Shown: piece after piece, positions 1 to 8,181 of the stretch | Layout of the letters: the number at the start of each line of letters is the position of its first letter | Position numbering within the stretch: the stretch's first letter is position 1 | Assembly: GCA_937925335.1 (NCBI GenBank) | Contig: CALEWY010000008.1 | Coordinates: forward strand, 66-64,065 | Source of the DNA: an uncultured Acidimicrobiales bacterium | GTDB lineage: Bacteria > Actinomycetota > Acidimicrobiia > Acidimicrobiales > SZUA-35 | Length of the DNA: 64,000 nt | Direction: 5' to 3' | Program-made: the position numbers and the translations under genes | The notes under the pieces: generated by a model | The model's input: the letters and a program-made list of their open reading frames with translations, nothing else | Databases searched by the model: none | What the model was told of the DNA's origin: nothing

Positions 1-406
1 CGCCGCCGAGCAGGTCGGTGGAGCCCAATTCGTGCTCGACATGGCAGTCCAGTACGCCAAGGATCGTGTGCAGTTCGGCCGTCCGATCGGCTCGTTCCAG
101 GCCATCAAGCACAAGTGCGCCGACATGCTCCTCGAGGTCGAGTCAGCCAAGTCCGCCGCCTACTACGGCCTCTGGTGTGCTGCTGAGATGAACGACGAGC
201 TTCCGTCGGTCGCCTCGCTCGCCAAGGCCTACTGCTCCGAGGCGTACTTCCACGCCGCAGCCGAGAACATCCAGATCCATGGTGGCATCGGCTTCACCTG
301 GGAGCACCCGGCCCACCTCTACTTCAAGCGAGCCAAGAGCTCCGAGCTCATGTTCGGCGACCCCGCCTACCACCGCGAGCTCCTCGCCCAGCGCATCGGG
401 CTCTAA
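1..406 (+). CDS. Acyl-CoA dehydrogenase, C-terminal part (gene starts upstream of window)
   Basis: Frame is open to the window edge. ACAD C-terminal domain motifs DRVQFGRPIGSFQAIKHKCADM and ENIQIHGGIGFTWEH are present. Confidence 0.85.
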   Translation, partial: AAEQVGGAQFVLDMAVQYAKDRVQFGRPIGSFQAIKHKCADMLLEVESAKSAAYYGLWCAAEMNDELPSVASLAKAYCSEAYFHAAAENIQIHGGIGFTWEHPAHLYFKRAKSSELMFGDPAYHRELLAQRIGL

Positions 407-500
407 CATTGGGACTGCTGTCGCAGTCCGGGCTTCGCCCATCTGGGTCGAGCTTGAGCTGCCGTCGGCCTCCGGCCGATCGTCCAAAACACTCGATCAA

Positions 501-540
501 CCACCGGTCCTGCTTCGGCGGGGCCGGTGGCCGTCGTTTT
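501..540. terminator. Hairpin between convergent genes, likely bidirectional terminator
   Basis: CCACCGGTCC / GGGCCGGTGG arms (10 bp with one G-U) and loop tgcttcggcg. It is followed by CGTCGTTTTGG on + and by a GTGTTTTGG-type run on -. Confidence 0.5.
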
Positions 541-560
541 GGGCTAGTCGTCGCAATCGG

Positions 561-1802
561 CTAGCTGCCCTTTGGTAGGAACCACGCTGACACCGCTCCA
601 AACATCATGGCCGTCGCCGACATCACGAACACCGGCGCAAACGACCCTCGCCACTGCGCAATCAACCCGCCGATGTAGGGCGACATCACCTGAGCCAGAC
701 CGAAGGCAAACGTCGCCGCCGCATACGACGGCCCATACGTCGCAGTATCGGTTCGGTCGAGCAGGTAGGCGGCGATCACCGACGGAAGCCCGCCGAACAA
801 GATGCCGACCGTGATTGCGCCAACCACCACGAGCCACAGACGGCCGGTCAGTAAGAGAGCGGTGGCGACACTCCAAATCGGAAAGCCGACCATCAACGTT
901 CGCCGGCGACCCAACCGGTCGGAGATCTTGCCAAGGGCGATTCCGCCAGCGATCGTGCACGCCCCGGTGATCGAGAAAATCAGGCTCGCTCGCTCCGTGC
1001 CGAACCCGCTGTCGTCGACGAGTCGAGCAACGAGGAACGCCAGGATCAAGAGGTAACCAAAGCCATAGACGAAATAGCAGATCGTGATTGGCTTCCATCC
1101 CTCCACCTGGCGAAGCACGGCAAACCCACCGAACCCGCCGCTCGGCTGAGAGGCCGACCGGCTCGCACCAAGAACAACGATCACCGCCACGATGGCGAGC
1201 ACACCGAGCACCGAATGCACCGAGTACACATCTCGCCAATCGCCACCTCGAGCGACCACGACCTGATTCAGGTAGCCGCTGAAGACGATGCCGATCCCGA
1301 CGCCAGCGCCCGACAAACCAACGGCGAGGCCGCGATTCTTCGGAGCGACGACCGCCGCCGCGATGCCAGGACTCGGAATCCAGATCGCTGCGCCGCCAAG
1401 CCCCATCGCCACCAGCGCAACGGTCAACACGGCCGCATTGGGAGCGAAGACCGCCGTGATCAGGCCACTGACCGACAACGTGAGCCCAAGGCGCACCGAC
1501 ATGACCGGGGTGAGCCGAGCCGACACCGACCCGATCAGGAGCGCTCCCACCAAGTAGGCGCCCGTGTTGGCGGTCTGGATGAAGCCAGCGACGGCGGTCG
1601 ATCCGCCAAGTAGGTCGTTTCTCACCTGCGGTAACAAAACACCGAAGGTGAACCGTCCGAACCCCTGGGCGACAGCCGCCGCGAGCATCACGGTTGCCAC
1701 GGTGATCACCATCGTGCGTCTGGCGACAGGACGCTCGTTCGAAGCGATGGTGGTCATGTGTGGCGTGACGCTAGCTCGGCTGTGCGAGGGAGAGAATTCC
1801 AT
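561..1802 (-). CDS. MFS transporter
   Basis: 413-aa ORF, about 12 predicted TM segments with a Gly/Ala-rich hydrophobic pattern typical of the major facilitator superfamily. Alternative start is ATG 1757. Confidence 0.8.
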   Translation of the reverse strand: MEFSPSHSRASVTPHMTTIASNERPVARRTMVITVATVMLAAAVAQGFGRFTFGVLLPQVRNDLLGGSTAVAGFIQTANTGAYLVGALLIGSVSARLTPVMSVRLGLTLSVSGLITAVFAPNAAVLTVALVAMGLGGAAIWIPSPGIAAAVVAPKNRGLAVGLSGAGVGIGIVFSGYLNQVVVARGGDWRDVYSVHSVLGVLAIVAVIVVLGASRSASQPSGGFGGFAVLRQVEGWKPITICYFVYGFGYLLILAFLVARLVDDSGFGTERASLIFSITGACTIAGGIALGKISDRLGRRRTLMVGFPIWSVATALLLTGRLWLVVVGAITVGILFGGLPSVIAAYLLDRTDTATYGPSYAAATFAFGLAQVMSPYIGGLIAQWRGSFAPVFVMSATAMMFGAVSAWFLPKGS

Positions 1803-1828
1803 TTCCTCTCGCCCGATAGCCTGACGAA

Positions 1829-2332
1829 ATGGCCATCGTCCTTCTGATCGTCACCGCGTTGCTGGTCGTCGTGATCGGCCTGCTCTTCGTGGGTTCGGCC
1901 GTTGGAAAGACCAACGCGATGCCGGCGCAAACCGTCGTCGACGTGCACGAGGCGATCAACTTCTGCGCCGAGGCTGTGCCCGTGAGCGTGTCGTCGGTGT
2001 TGAGCTACGACGACGTTCGTCGACTGCTTCGTCTGCACCTCGAGTGGATCCAGGCCTATCACTGGGCACCGGATGGCGACTCTGACGGTCCGATCGTCTT
2101 CGAGGAATTCGACGCTCTCAACTACGTCATGGAACGAGCAGACATCACCGGCCTCGAGGTTGAGCGTGACCACGCGGCAGCGGTGATCGAAGCCCATTCG
2201 TCCTACCTCCAGGTCATGGGAGCGATCCATATCGAGGATCCCGGCGATGTTGAGAACGATCTTGCGGAACTGCCGTTGCTGGATGCACCGCTCCTCGAGG
2301 CTGGCTCGCCCGACGACGAGCTCGAGGCTTGA
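1829..2332 (+). CDS. Hypothetical membrane-anchored protein (single N-terminal TM, acidic C-terminus)
   Basis: 167-aa ORF with N-terminal MAIVLLIVTALLVVVIGLLFVG helix. No family recognised. Confidence 0.5.
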   Translation: MAIVLLIVTALLVVVIGLLFVGSAVGKTNAMPAQTVVDVHEAINFCAEAVPVSVSSVLSYDDVRRLLRLHLEWIQAYHWAPDGDSDGPIVFEEFDALNYVMERADITGLEVERDHAAAVIEAHSSYLQVMGAIHIEDPGDVENDLAELPLLDAPLLEAGSPDDELEA

Positions 2333-2394
2333 TCAACAGACAAACCCTTTCTCCGCGTAACTGACTGGCCGGGGTTTCGCCCGTTGTGTCACAC

Positions 2395-2663
2395 TGCAAA
2401 GACCAAGAGGAAGGAGGTGGTCCAACTGATTGATAAACGATCTGGGACCTTGGAGGTGGCTGACCGCTAAGCGGGCAGCTGACTGCTGGCGAATACCAGT
2501 CAGTCACCCCTGAAATGCCGTGCGGGTCTTTGTCCCAACCGGCTGACCGAACGACCGGGCTTGCCTGGTCGAACCGTCAACCAGCGATATTTCAGGTCCA
2601 AGCAAAGTTGTAGATAACAACGAAGAACGGGTGGGAGTCGAAACCTTCGGCTCCCACCCGTTC
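2395..2663. ncRNA. Candidate structured non-coding RNA or leader (unclassified)
   Basis: About 300-nt gap without a credible ORF. It has several local hairpins: GCTGACCGC-taa-GCGGGCAGC, TGACTGCTGG/CCAGTCAGTCA, long-range CCTGAAAT 2509-2516 / ATTTCAGG 2589-2596, and a perfect 13-bp (extendable to 18-bp) hairpin at 2625-2663. GGAGGTGG occurs twice. Confidence 0.25.
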
Positions 2664-2687
2664 GCGTTCCGCTACCCTTCCCAGACG

Positions 2688-2933
2688 ATGGAACGCCCCG
2701 GACAATTCGCACACTTTCGATACGTCGGCGACAAGCGATCACAGGTCGTCTACGACGTCGACTCGCTCACCGACGAGGCTGCCCCGATCATCGGCGAGCT
2801 CATGGAGTCGAAGCGCTTCCAGGCCTTTGGGCCCGACACGCTCGACGAGGCTCGCAACCGTTGTTACACGCTCTACACGGGGCCCGCTGCCGGACCTGGC
2901 AACGGTGTCCCAACAGCTGACGCTGAGGGATAG
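2688..2933 (+). CDS. Hypothetical small protein
   Basis: The ORF 2631..2933 has its GTG start buried inside the 2625-2663 hairpin, so ATG 2688 (MERPGQFAHFRYVG...) is preferred. No family recognised. Confidence 0.4.
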   Translation: MERPGQFAHFRYVGDKRSQVVYDVDSLTDEAAPIIGELMESKRFQAFGPDTLDEARNRCYTLYTGPAAGPGNGVPTADAEG

Positions 2934-3058
2934 CTGTCCTGGCCGAGACCTGCTGGATCGATGCCCCGGAAGGCCGGCTCGAGGCTGACCTTGCGCTGCC
3001 CACAACCAAAGGCAAGACCGCCGGAGTCCTTGTTCTTCACGGATTTCCGTCCGGGCTG

Positions 3059-3718
3059 GTGGTCGCAGAACACATCGGCGCCGACCTTCCCCAACTCGTC
3101 GACCGGATGGCCGAAGAAATGGGCTGGACCGCGCTGACACTTCGCTTCCGCGGTTGTGGCAAATCCGACGGCAACTTCAGCCTCCGCGGATGGGTAGACG
3201 ACGCTCGGGCGGGCATCGAGTACCTCGCATCGGTCGAAGGCTGCGATCAGATCTGGGTCGTGGGATTTGGAACCGGGGGAGCCGTCGGGCTCTCAGCCGC
3301 AGTCGAGCGAATCGCTGACGGTGAACCCGAAGGACTGGCGCGCATCGCGGGCGCAGCACTGATCGGCACACCGGCTGACTTCGATGATTGGGCCCAAGAG
3401 CCTGAGCGACTCCTCGCCCATGCCCGTCATGCGGGTGCGGTGACCGACGTCGACTTCCCCGCCGATCCCGATCTCTGGCGCGCCGAACTGGCGTCGGTTC
3501 GTGCATCGAGCGCCGCGGAGAACTTCGGCGACAACGCCATGCTCGTCCTGCACGGGTTCGACGACGAGGCAGTGCCACAACTCGACGCTCGAATGGTTGC
3601 CGATGCTCACGGCGACGCCGACCTTCGCCTGATCAGCGGAGCTGGGCACCAGCTGCGTCATGATCCGCGGAGTATGGCGATCTTGCTCGGCTGGCTCGAG
3701 CGCCGTCGCAACAGCTAA
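3059..3718 (+). CDS. Alpha/beta-hydrolase fold protein (nucleophile Ser not evident; homology extends upstream of first canonical start)
   Basis: VVGFGTGGAVG elbow, LVLHGFDDEAVP and GAGHQL motifs. The in-frame upstream sequence 2939-3058 encodes ...GVLVLHGFPSG (HG oxyanion motif) but has no ATG/GTG/TTG. Confidence 0.75.
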   Translation: MVAEHIGADLPQLVDRMAEEMGWTALTLRFRGCGKSDGNFSLRGWVDDARAGIEYLASVEGCDQIWVVGFGTGGAVGLSAAVERIADGEPEGLARIAGAALIGTPADFDDWAQEPERLLAHARHAGAVTDVDFPADPDLWRAELASVRASSAAENFGDNAMLVLHGFDDEAVPQLDARMVADAHGDADLRLISGAGHQLRHDPRSMAILLGWLERRRNS

Positions 3719-4359
3719 CCGCTGCCCTCGGGCTTCTCGGCATCGAGGTCGTTTTGGTAGGACTGGTCGAGTCCGGCCCGCCACTCTTCCGGGTTGGCCT
3801 CCATGCCGGTGTGGGCGATGATCATGTCGACCGCGTCTGGAACGTCGTCGTAGCTCGACCACGAGTCGACGTCCCACAGGTTTGATCGGCGGAAGGCTTT
3901 CGCACAGTGGATGAACGTGTTGGCGACCGTGATGACAACAGCAACCTTTGGCCGGCGAACCTCGGCATCCCACAGACCGAGAACGTCCGGATCGGTCGTG
4001 ATGGCGGCAGCTCCATCGATGCGGAGCGTTTCGTCTCTTCCCGGTGTGAGCACGAGCAGCCCCGCATTGCCATTGGCAACGATGTTGGTGAGCGAGTCGA
4101 TCAAGTTGTTGCCGCCAAGGTCTGGAAAGGCCACTCGGTGCTCATCCAAGACGCGGATCTGTCCGGCTGGGCCTCCTCGAGGTGACACATCGCAGCGTCC
4201 GGTCTCATCGGCCGTCGCCAACAAGAAGAACGGTGACCTCGCCAGCACTTCGGCCGTGACGTCATCGATGACGGCGGCCTTCTTGGCCTGCACCACCTGG
4301 GAAGGTTCGCGGTAGAGCTCTCGAAGTTGGGCCTCGGTCGTGATCTGGTGCGTGTCCAC
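3715..4359 (-). CDS. Pyridoxamine 5'-phosphate oxidase-family FMN-binding flavoprotein
   Basis: 214 aa with SPFFLLATADETGRCDVSPRGG...LRIDG pattern typical of the PPOX-class split-barrel family. Confidence 0.8.
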   Translation of the reverse strand: MDTHQITTEAQLRELYREPSQVVQAKKAAVIDDVTAEVLARSPFFLLATADETGRCDVSPRGGPAGQIRVLDEHRVAFPDLGGNNLIDSLTNIVANGNAGLLVLTPGRDETLRIDGAAAITTDPDVLGLWDAEVRRPKVAVVITVANTFIHCAKAFRRSNLWDVDSWSSYDDVPDAVDMIIAHTGMEANPEEWRAGLDQSYQNDLDAEKPEGSG

Positions 4360-4445
4360 GTTGGTCAGTCTGGCACGACGGCTGGCGAACCGGGAACGCG
4401 ATTCGTGCGAGCGGATGGCGCTGGCCAGCCGGTACTGACGCGAAC

Positions 4446-4472
4446 CGGCACGGGGGCATCACCCCCGTGCCG
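4446..4472 (-). terminator. Strong hairpin downstream of minus-strand lipoprotein gene
   Basis: CGGCACGGGGG-catca-CCCCCGTGCCG, an 11-bp perfect stem 30 nt past the stop at 4502. There is no clear U-tract. Confidence 0.4.
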
Positions 4473-4501
4473 TTCCCAGCCCGCCGGAGCTGAATCAAGG
4501 A

Positions 4502-5539
4502 TCAATAACCGTCGTCGTCCTCGACGACTTCGGTGGCGGGTGCGCTCTCACCCGACGGCTCGCCGGCGCCGATGAGGCTGCCATCGGGTGCGGCGAGGAA
4601 CCAGACCTCGCCGGATCCCTGGCCGTTGAGGTCGCCCGGGGCGCCGTCACCGGCGAAGCGGTAGAGCGGCCACACACCGGCGGCCAGCTGGAACTGTCCG
4701 TCGCTGCGTTGCACGACCGAGAACGTCGCGGGATCGAGATCGGCGGGAAGTTCCCCAGCGCTGAGAATCACAGGCGGCCACGCATCGGCGCAGGCGTCAT
4801 TGCAGGTCGGCACGCCGTCAACATCCTCGGTGAAGCCGTACAGGCTCAACCCAGCCGGGTCGGTCAGAATTGGCCCCAGGGCCGATTCGGCTTGTGACAC
4901 GGTCGCAAGGGGTGAAGCAGCGCTCTCAGCCGCTGGCGCCTCGGTGATCAACGAGCCGTCCGGTGCGACGGCGAACCAAACATCGCCCGAACCTTGTCCG
5001 GTGATGTCACCGGGCACAACGTCGCCGGCGAAGAAGTAGAGCGGCCACTTCCCAGCAACGAGTTGGAGGCTGCCGTCGTCGCGCACGGTCGTTGCGAAGA
5101 TGCCCACGTCCAAGCTGGGTGCGACGCTGAAGCTGTCGTCGACGATGACCGGCGGCCATGCTTCGGCGCAGGTTCCGGTGCACGTTGATGCGGCATCGAC
5201 GTCATTCGTGAAGCCGTAGAGCGTGAGCCCATTCGAGCCGGCCATGATCTCGCCGAGATCGCTTGCGCCAATCGTGGCGGCGACCGGCGTGGCGGCTGCG
5301 GGTGCCGCCGCAGCGGGTTCGGCATCATTGCCCGAAGCGGTGAGTGGGACACTTCCGCCGCAGGCGGCGAGCACGAGGGTCATGACGCCAGCGGCACCGG
5401 CGATGAGTCGCGTTCGTCGAGCGGGGCGCCGTGCACCTGCGGCTGCAGTGCCTGGGGTTGCAGTGCCTGGGGTTCCTGCACTTGGGTTTGCCGCACTGAG
5501 GGTTGCTGGGGCGGTTTGATGTGAGAATTTGATAGCCAT
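4502..5539 (-). CDS. Secreted lipoprotein with duplicated Yx(F/W/Y)xxD motif domains (COG4315-like)
   Basis: Lipobox LVLAACGG. Repeated LTLYGFTNDVD..CAEAWPPV and PLYFFAGD / LSLYGFTEDVD..CADAWPPV / PLYRFAGD. The longest ORF starts at 5620; ATG 5539 (MAIKF) is preferred. Confidence 0.75.
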   Translation of the reverse strand: MAIKFSHQTAPATLSAANPSAGTPGTATPGTAAAGARRPARRTRLIAGAAGVMTLVLAACGGSVPLTASGNDAEPAAAAPAAATPVAATIGASDLGEIMAGSNGLTLYGFTNDVDAASTCTGTCAEAWPPVIVDDSFSVAPSLDVGIFATTVRDDGSLQLVAGKWPLYFFAGDVVPGDITGQGSGDVWFAVAPDGSLITEAPAAESAASPLATVSQAESALGPILTDPAGLSLYGFTEDVDGVPTCNDACADAWPPVILSAGELPADLDPATFSVVQRSDGQFQLAAGVWPLYRFAGDGAPGDLNGQGSGEVWFLAAPDGSLIGAGEPSGESAPATEVVEDDDGY

Positions 5540-5616
5540 TGGTCGTTCTGTCCTGTTGGGTCTGGGTGGTGGGTCTGGGTGATTGGTCGGATTTGGGGCG
5601 GTCGGCGCTGGCGTCA

Positions 5617-6042
5617 TCACGGGGTCACGGTCACGCTCCCGGTCATCGATGGATGGATGAGGCAGATGAACGAGTAGGTGCCAGCCACCTCGGGAGCGAT
5701 CACCGAGCCGGTTGCTCCGCCACCGAGGTCGCCGGTGTCGAACAGTCCGTCGTTGCTCGTCAAGGTGTGAGCAACGCCATCGCTGTTCGTGACCGTCAAG
5801 GTCTCGCCGGCCTGCACGGAGATGCCGGACTCAAAGGTGAAGTCGGCGATGTTGATCCGCGGCTCGTCGTTGGCGCCCCCGGCCGCAGCGTTCGGCGTTT
5901 CAGCCGAAGACCCCGCAGGAGTTGCGGTGTCGTCGAGGCGGTCTGGGCCTGGCAGAGAGAGCAGTGCGGCGGCCGTGAGAGCGCCGAGAATGCAAACGGT
6001 GAGTGGCATCGAGACGCGCAAAGCACGATTGTTCGTGGACAT
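5617..6042 (-). CDS. Cupredoxin (amicyanin/plastocyanin-like blue copper protein), secreted
   Basis: Signal peptide is present. Type-1 Cu ligand pattern GVAHTL ... YSFICLIHPSM (H, C-x2-H-x2-M). Confidence 0.8.
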   Translation of the reverse strand: MSTNNRALRVSMPLTVCILGALTAAALLSLPGPDRLDDTATPAGSSAETPNAAAGGANDEPRINIADFTFESGISVQAGETLTVTNSDGVAHTLTSNDGLFDTGDLGGGATGSVIAPEVAGTYSFICLIHPSMTGSVTVTP

Positions 6043-6124
6043 GTGAGTCAGCTTTCGTGTGTGGGGCGAGTTGGCGGGCTGAGTTGGTGGCTTACAAGTG
6101 ATGGCCGCGTGTGTCCGCGGAAGG

Positions 6125-6159
6125 TGAGGGCGGCGAGCCGGGCAGCCCCGCCGCCCTCA
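6125..6159 (-). terminator. Intra-operon hairpin (attenuator or terminator candidate)
   Basis: TGAGGGCGGCG ... CGCCGCCCTCA, 11-bp perfect arms immediately after the stop at 6162. Confidence 0.35.
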
Positions 6160-6161
6160 GA

Positions 6162-6800
6162 TCAGGTGGCGGGGAAACCGAAGTTCTGGAAGTACCACAG
6201 TGATGAGGTCATCCAGATTGCGGTGAGGACGGATGCGAGGAGTGCTCCCATCAGCGGCAACGTCCAACCAGGCATTCGCTTGGAATGCAGGACGAGCATC
6301 TTCGTGGTGAAGATCCCGTAGAACGCACAGCCGAGCAGCGAGTGGGCGAGCACCCGTGGTGTGCTGTCGCGGAAGCCGAGTGCCCAAAGGCAGTGGTAGG
6401 CGACGGGCAGCGTGAGGAGGAACGCCGTGGTTCCGGTCCAGCGATGGACTTGGCTGATCCAGCGAGGAGCGGATCCTGCGCCGGGAAGCCGGCCCCACAT
6501 CCACAATGCGGAGATGATCTGCACGATCACGAGGGAGGCGGCACCGGTTGCGAGCCATGCCTTCATCGGAAGCACGGCACTGAAGCCGAGGCTCGTGATG
6601 CCCTGGCCGGTTGGAGTGTGGATGCGGCCGTAGGTCCCGAGGCTGAGCGAGACGAGACCTCCGAGGCCTGCGGCGATGGCGACAAACCAGCCCGAGGTCT
6701 TCTTCATCGAATTCGGCGTCGCTGGCGTGCCGATCGTCCCCGGCTGTTCCGGCGATTGGATGTTCGGTTCGTGGAGTTGCGACGAGTCGGGCGTCAACAT
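6162..6800 (-). CDS. Polytopic membrane protein with conserved His in TM helices (DUF6529 / cytochrome-b561-like guess)
   Basis: 212 aa, about 5-6 TM segments, His in QVHRWTG, AYHCLW and LAHSLLG. It is first in an operon with the cupredoxin. Alternative start is ATG 6707. Confidence 0.6.
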   Translation of the reverse strand: MLTPDSSQLHEPNIQSPEQPGTIGTPATPNSMKKTSGWFVAIAAGLGGLVSLSLGTYGRIHTPTGQGITSLGFSAVLPMKAWLATGAASLVIVQIISALWMWGRLPGAGSAPRWISQVHRWTGTTAFLLTLPVAYHCLWALGFRDSTPRVLAHSLLGCAFYGIFTTKMLVLHSKRMPGWTLPLMGALLASVLTAIWMTSSLWYFQNFGFPAT

Positions 6801-6898
6801 GGCGGGGTCCCTCGGGTTTGGTGCGTTCGATGCCCTTTACGCCGATGCCTTCGAAACGGTTCGCGAGAATCTGAGAAAATCTGTGGCAGCATGTCGCG

Positions 6899-7489
6899 GT
6901 GAGGGACGTGGTGGCCTCGTTCAGGTCAGGTGACGAAGACGCAGTGCGCGAGATCTACCGCCGTTACGGCGGTGCGGTCACGACCGTCGCCCGATCGATG
7001 GTTGGCCAACCTGAACTCGTCGAAGAGGTTGTGCAGCAGACGTTTCTGAAGGCGTGGCGTGCCGCGGCGACCTTTGAGGAAGGTCGTGATCTCGCTCCGT
7101 GGCTCTACTCGATCGCCCGCCGAACAGCGATCGATGTGCTGCGAAGGGAGCGCCGACCCACGATGGGTGACCACGAACCCGAAACCGATGTCGCGGTCAC
7201 GACGATCTCGTTCGAGCAAACGTTCGAGGCGTATGAGGTTCGAAGTGCGATCGATGGGTTGCCCGCTGAAGAGCGTGCAGTTGTCGAGCTCTCTCATCGA
7301 ATCGGCCTGCCGCACAGCGAAATCGCCGAACGCTTGGGTGTGCCGATCGGGACGGTGAAATCCCGCTCCGCCCGCGCCCACAAGCGGCTTGCCGCTGCCC
7401 TCGGCCACCTTGCGTCGGGAGCGGATCGTCCGGGTTCCGCGAACCAAAGTGCGTCTCCTACCGTAGAGACGATCAAGGACGACACATGA
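6899..7489 (+). CDS. ECF-type RNA polymerase sigma-70 family factor
   Basis: Region 2 (EIYRRYGGAV..VQQTFLKAWR..APWLYSIARRTAIDVLRR) and region 4 (LPAEERAVVELSHRIGLPHSEIAERLGVPIGTVKSRSARA). 4-nt overlap with the downstream anti-sigma gene. Confidence 0.85.
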   Translation: MRDVVASFRSGDEDAVREIYRRYGGAVTTVARSMVGQPELVEEVVQQTFLKAWRAAATFEEGRDLAPWLYSIARRTAIDVLRRERRPTMGDHEPETDVAVTTISFEQTFEAYEVRSAIDGLPAEERAVVELSHRIGLPHSEIAERLGVPIGTVKSRSARAHKRLAAALGHLASGADRPGSANQSASPTVETIKDDT

Positions 7490-8181
7490 CCGACGATCTC
7501 TACGAGCAAGGTGAACCCGAGCAGGAAATCGACGCCGCGCTCGGAGCGATGCTCCAGAACCCGGCCATCTGGGCCGACACGAACCAAGCGACCGAAGATG
7601 CGATCGTCAGCGCGATCTTCGCCGAGGCCAGCGATCCCGCAACCATCATCCCCTTCGAGCAACCGGCTCAAACCAGCGGAGCCGTCGAGAACGACACCAG
7701 TGGTGACGCCGGCCACGACGGCAATACGGTCGTCTCGCTCGACGACCGACGTCGGCGATGGCTCGGCCCGTTCGTCGCCGGTGTTGCCGCATGCTTCCTG
7801 GTCTTCGCTGGAGCCGGGGCGATCGTTGCGCTCGATCCGTTTGGTGAGGAGACGGTGGAGTTCGCGCTCGAGGGGACTGACCTCGCCCCGACCGCAACCG
7901 CTGCGGCCGAGGTGTCAGAAACGCCACTTGGCACGCGGATCGTCCTCGACGTCTCGGGTCTGCCACCGGCCGAACCCGGCACCTACTACGAGGCGTGGAT
8001 GCGCACCGGCCCTGAAGAAGGGGTCAGCGCAGGAACGTTCCACCTGCGCGGTGGAGACGGCGACATCGAGCTGTGGTCGGGCGTGACGCTCGACGACTAT
8101 CCGCTGATCACCGTGACGATTCAGCCAGAGGGTGAATCGGCATCGTCCGGTGTTGTTGTCTTGATCGGTCGCCTGCCCTAA
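7486..8181 (+). CDS. Anti-sigma factor, RskA-like (single TM, extracytoplasmic RskA domain)
   Basis: Translationally coupled to the sigma gene. Central TM WLGPFVAGVAACFLVFAGAGAIV. C-terminal YEAWMRT...GTFHL...ITVTIQPEG resembles the anti-sigma-K domain. Confidence 0.75.
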   Translation: MTDDLYEQGEPEQEIDAALGAMLQNPAIWADTNQATEDAIVSAIFAEASDPATIIPFEQPAQTSGAVENDTSGDAGHDGNTVVSLDDRRRRWLGPFVAGVAACFLVFAGAGAIVALDPFGEETVEFALEGTDLAPTATAAAEVSETPLGTRIVLDVSGLPPAEPGTYYEAWMRTGPEEGVSAGTFHLRGGDGDIELWSGVTLDDYPLITVTIQPEGESASSGVVVLIGRLP

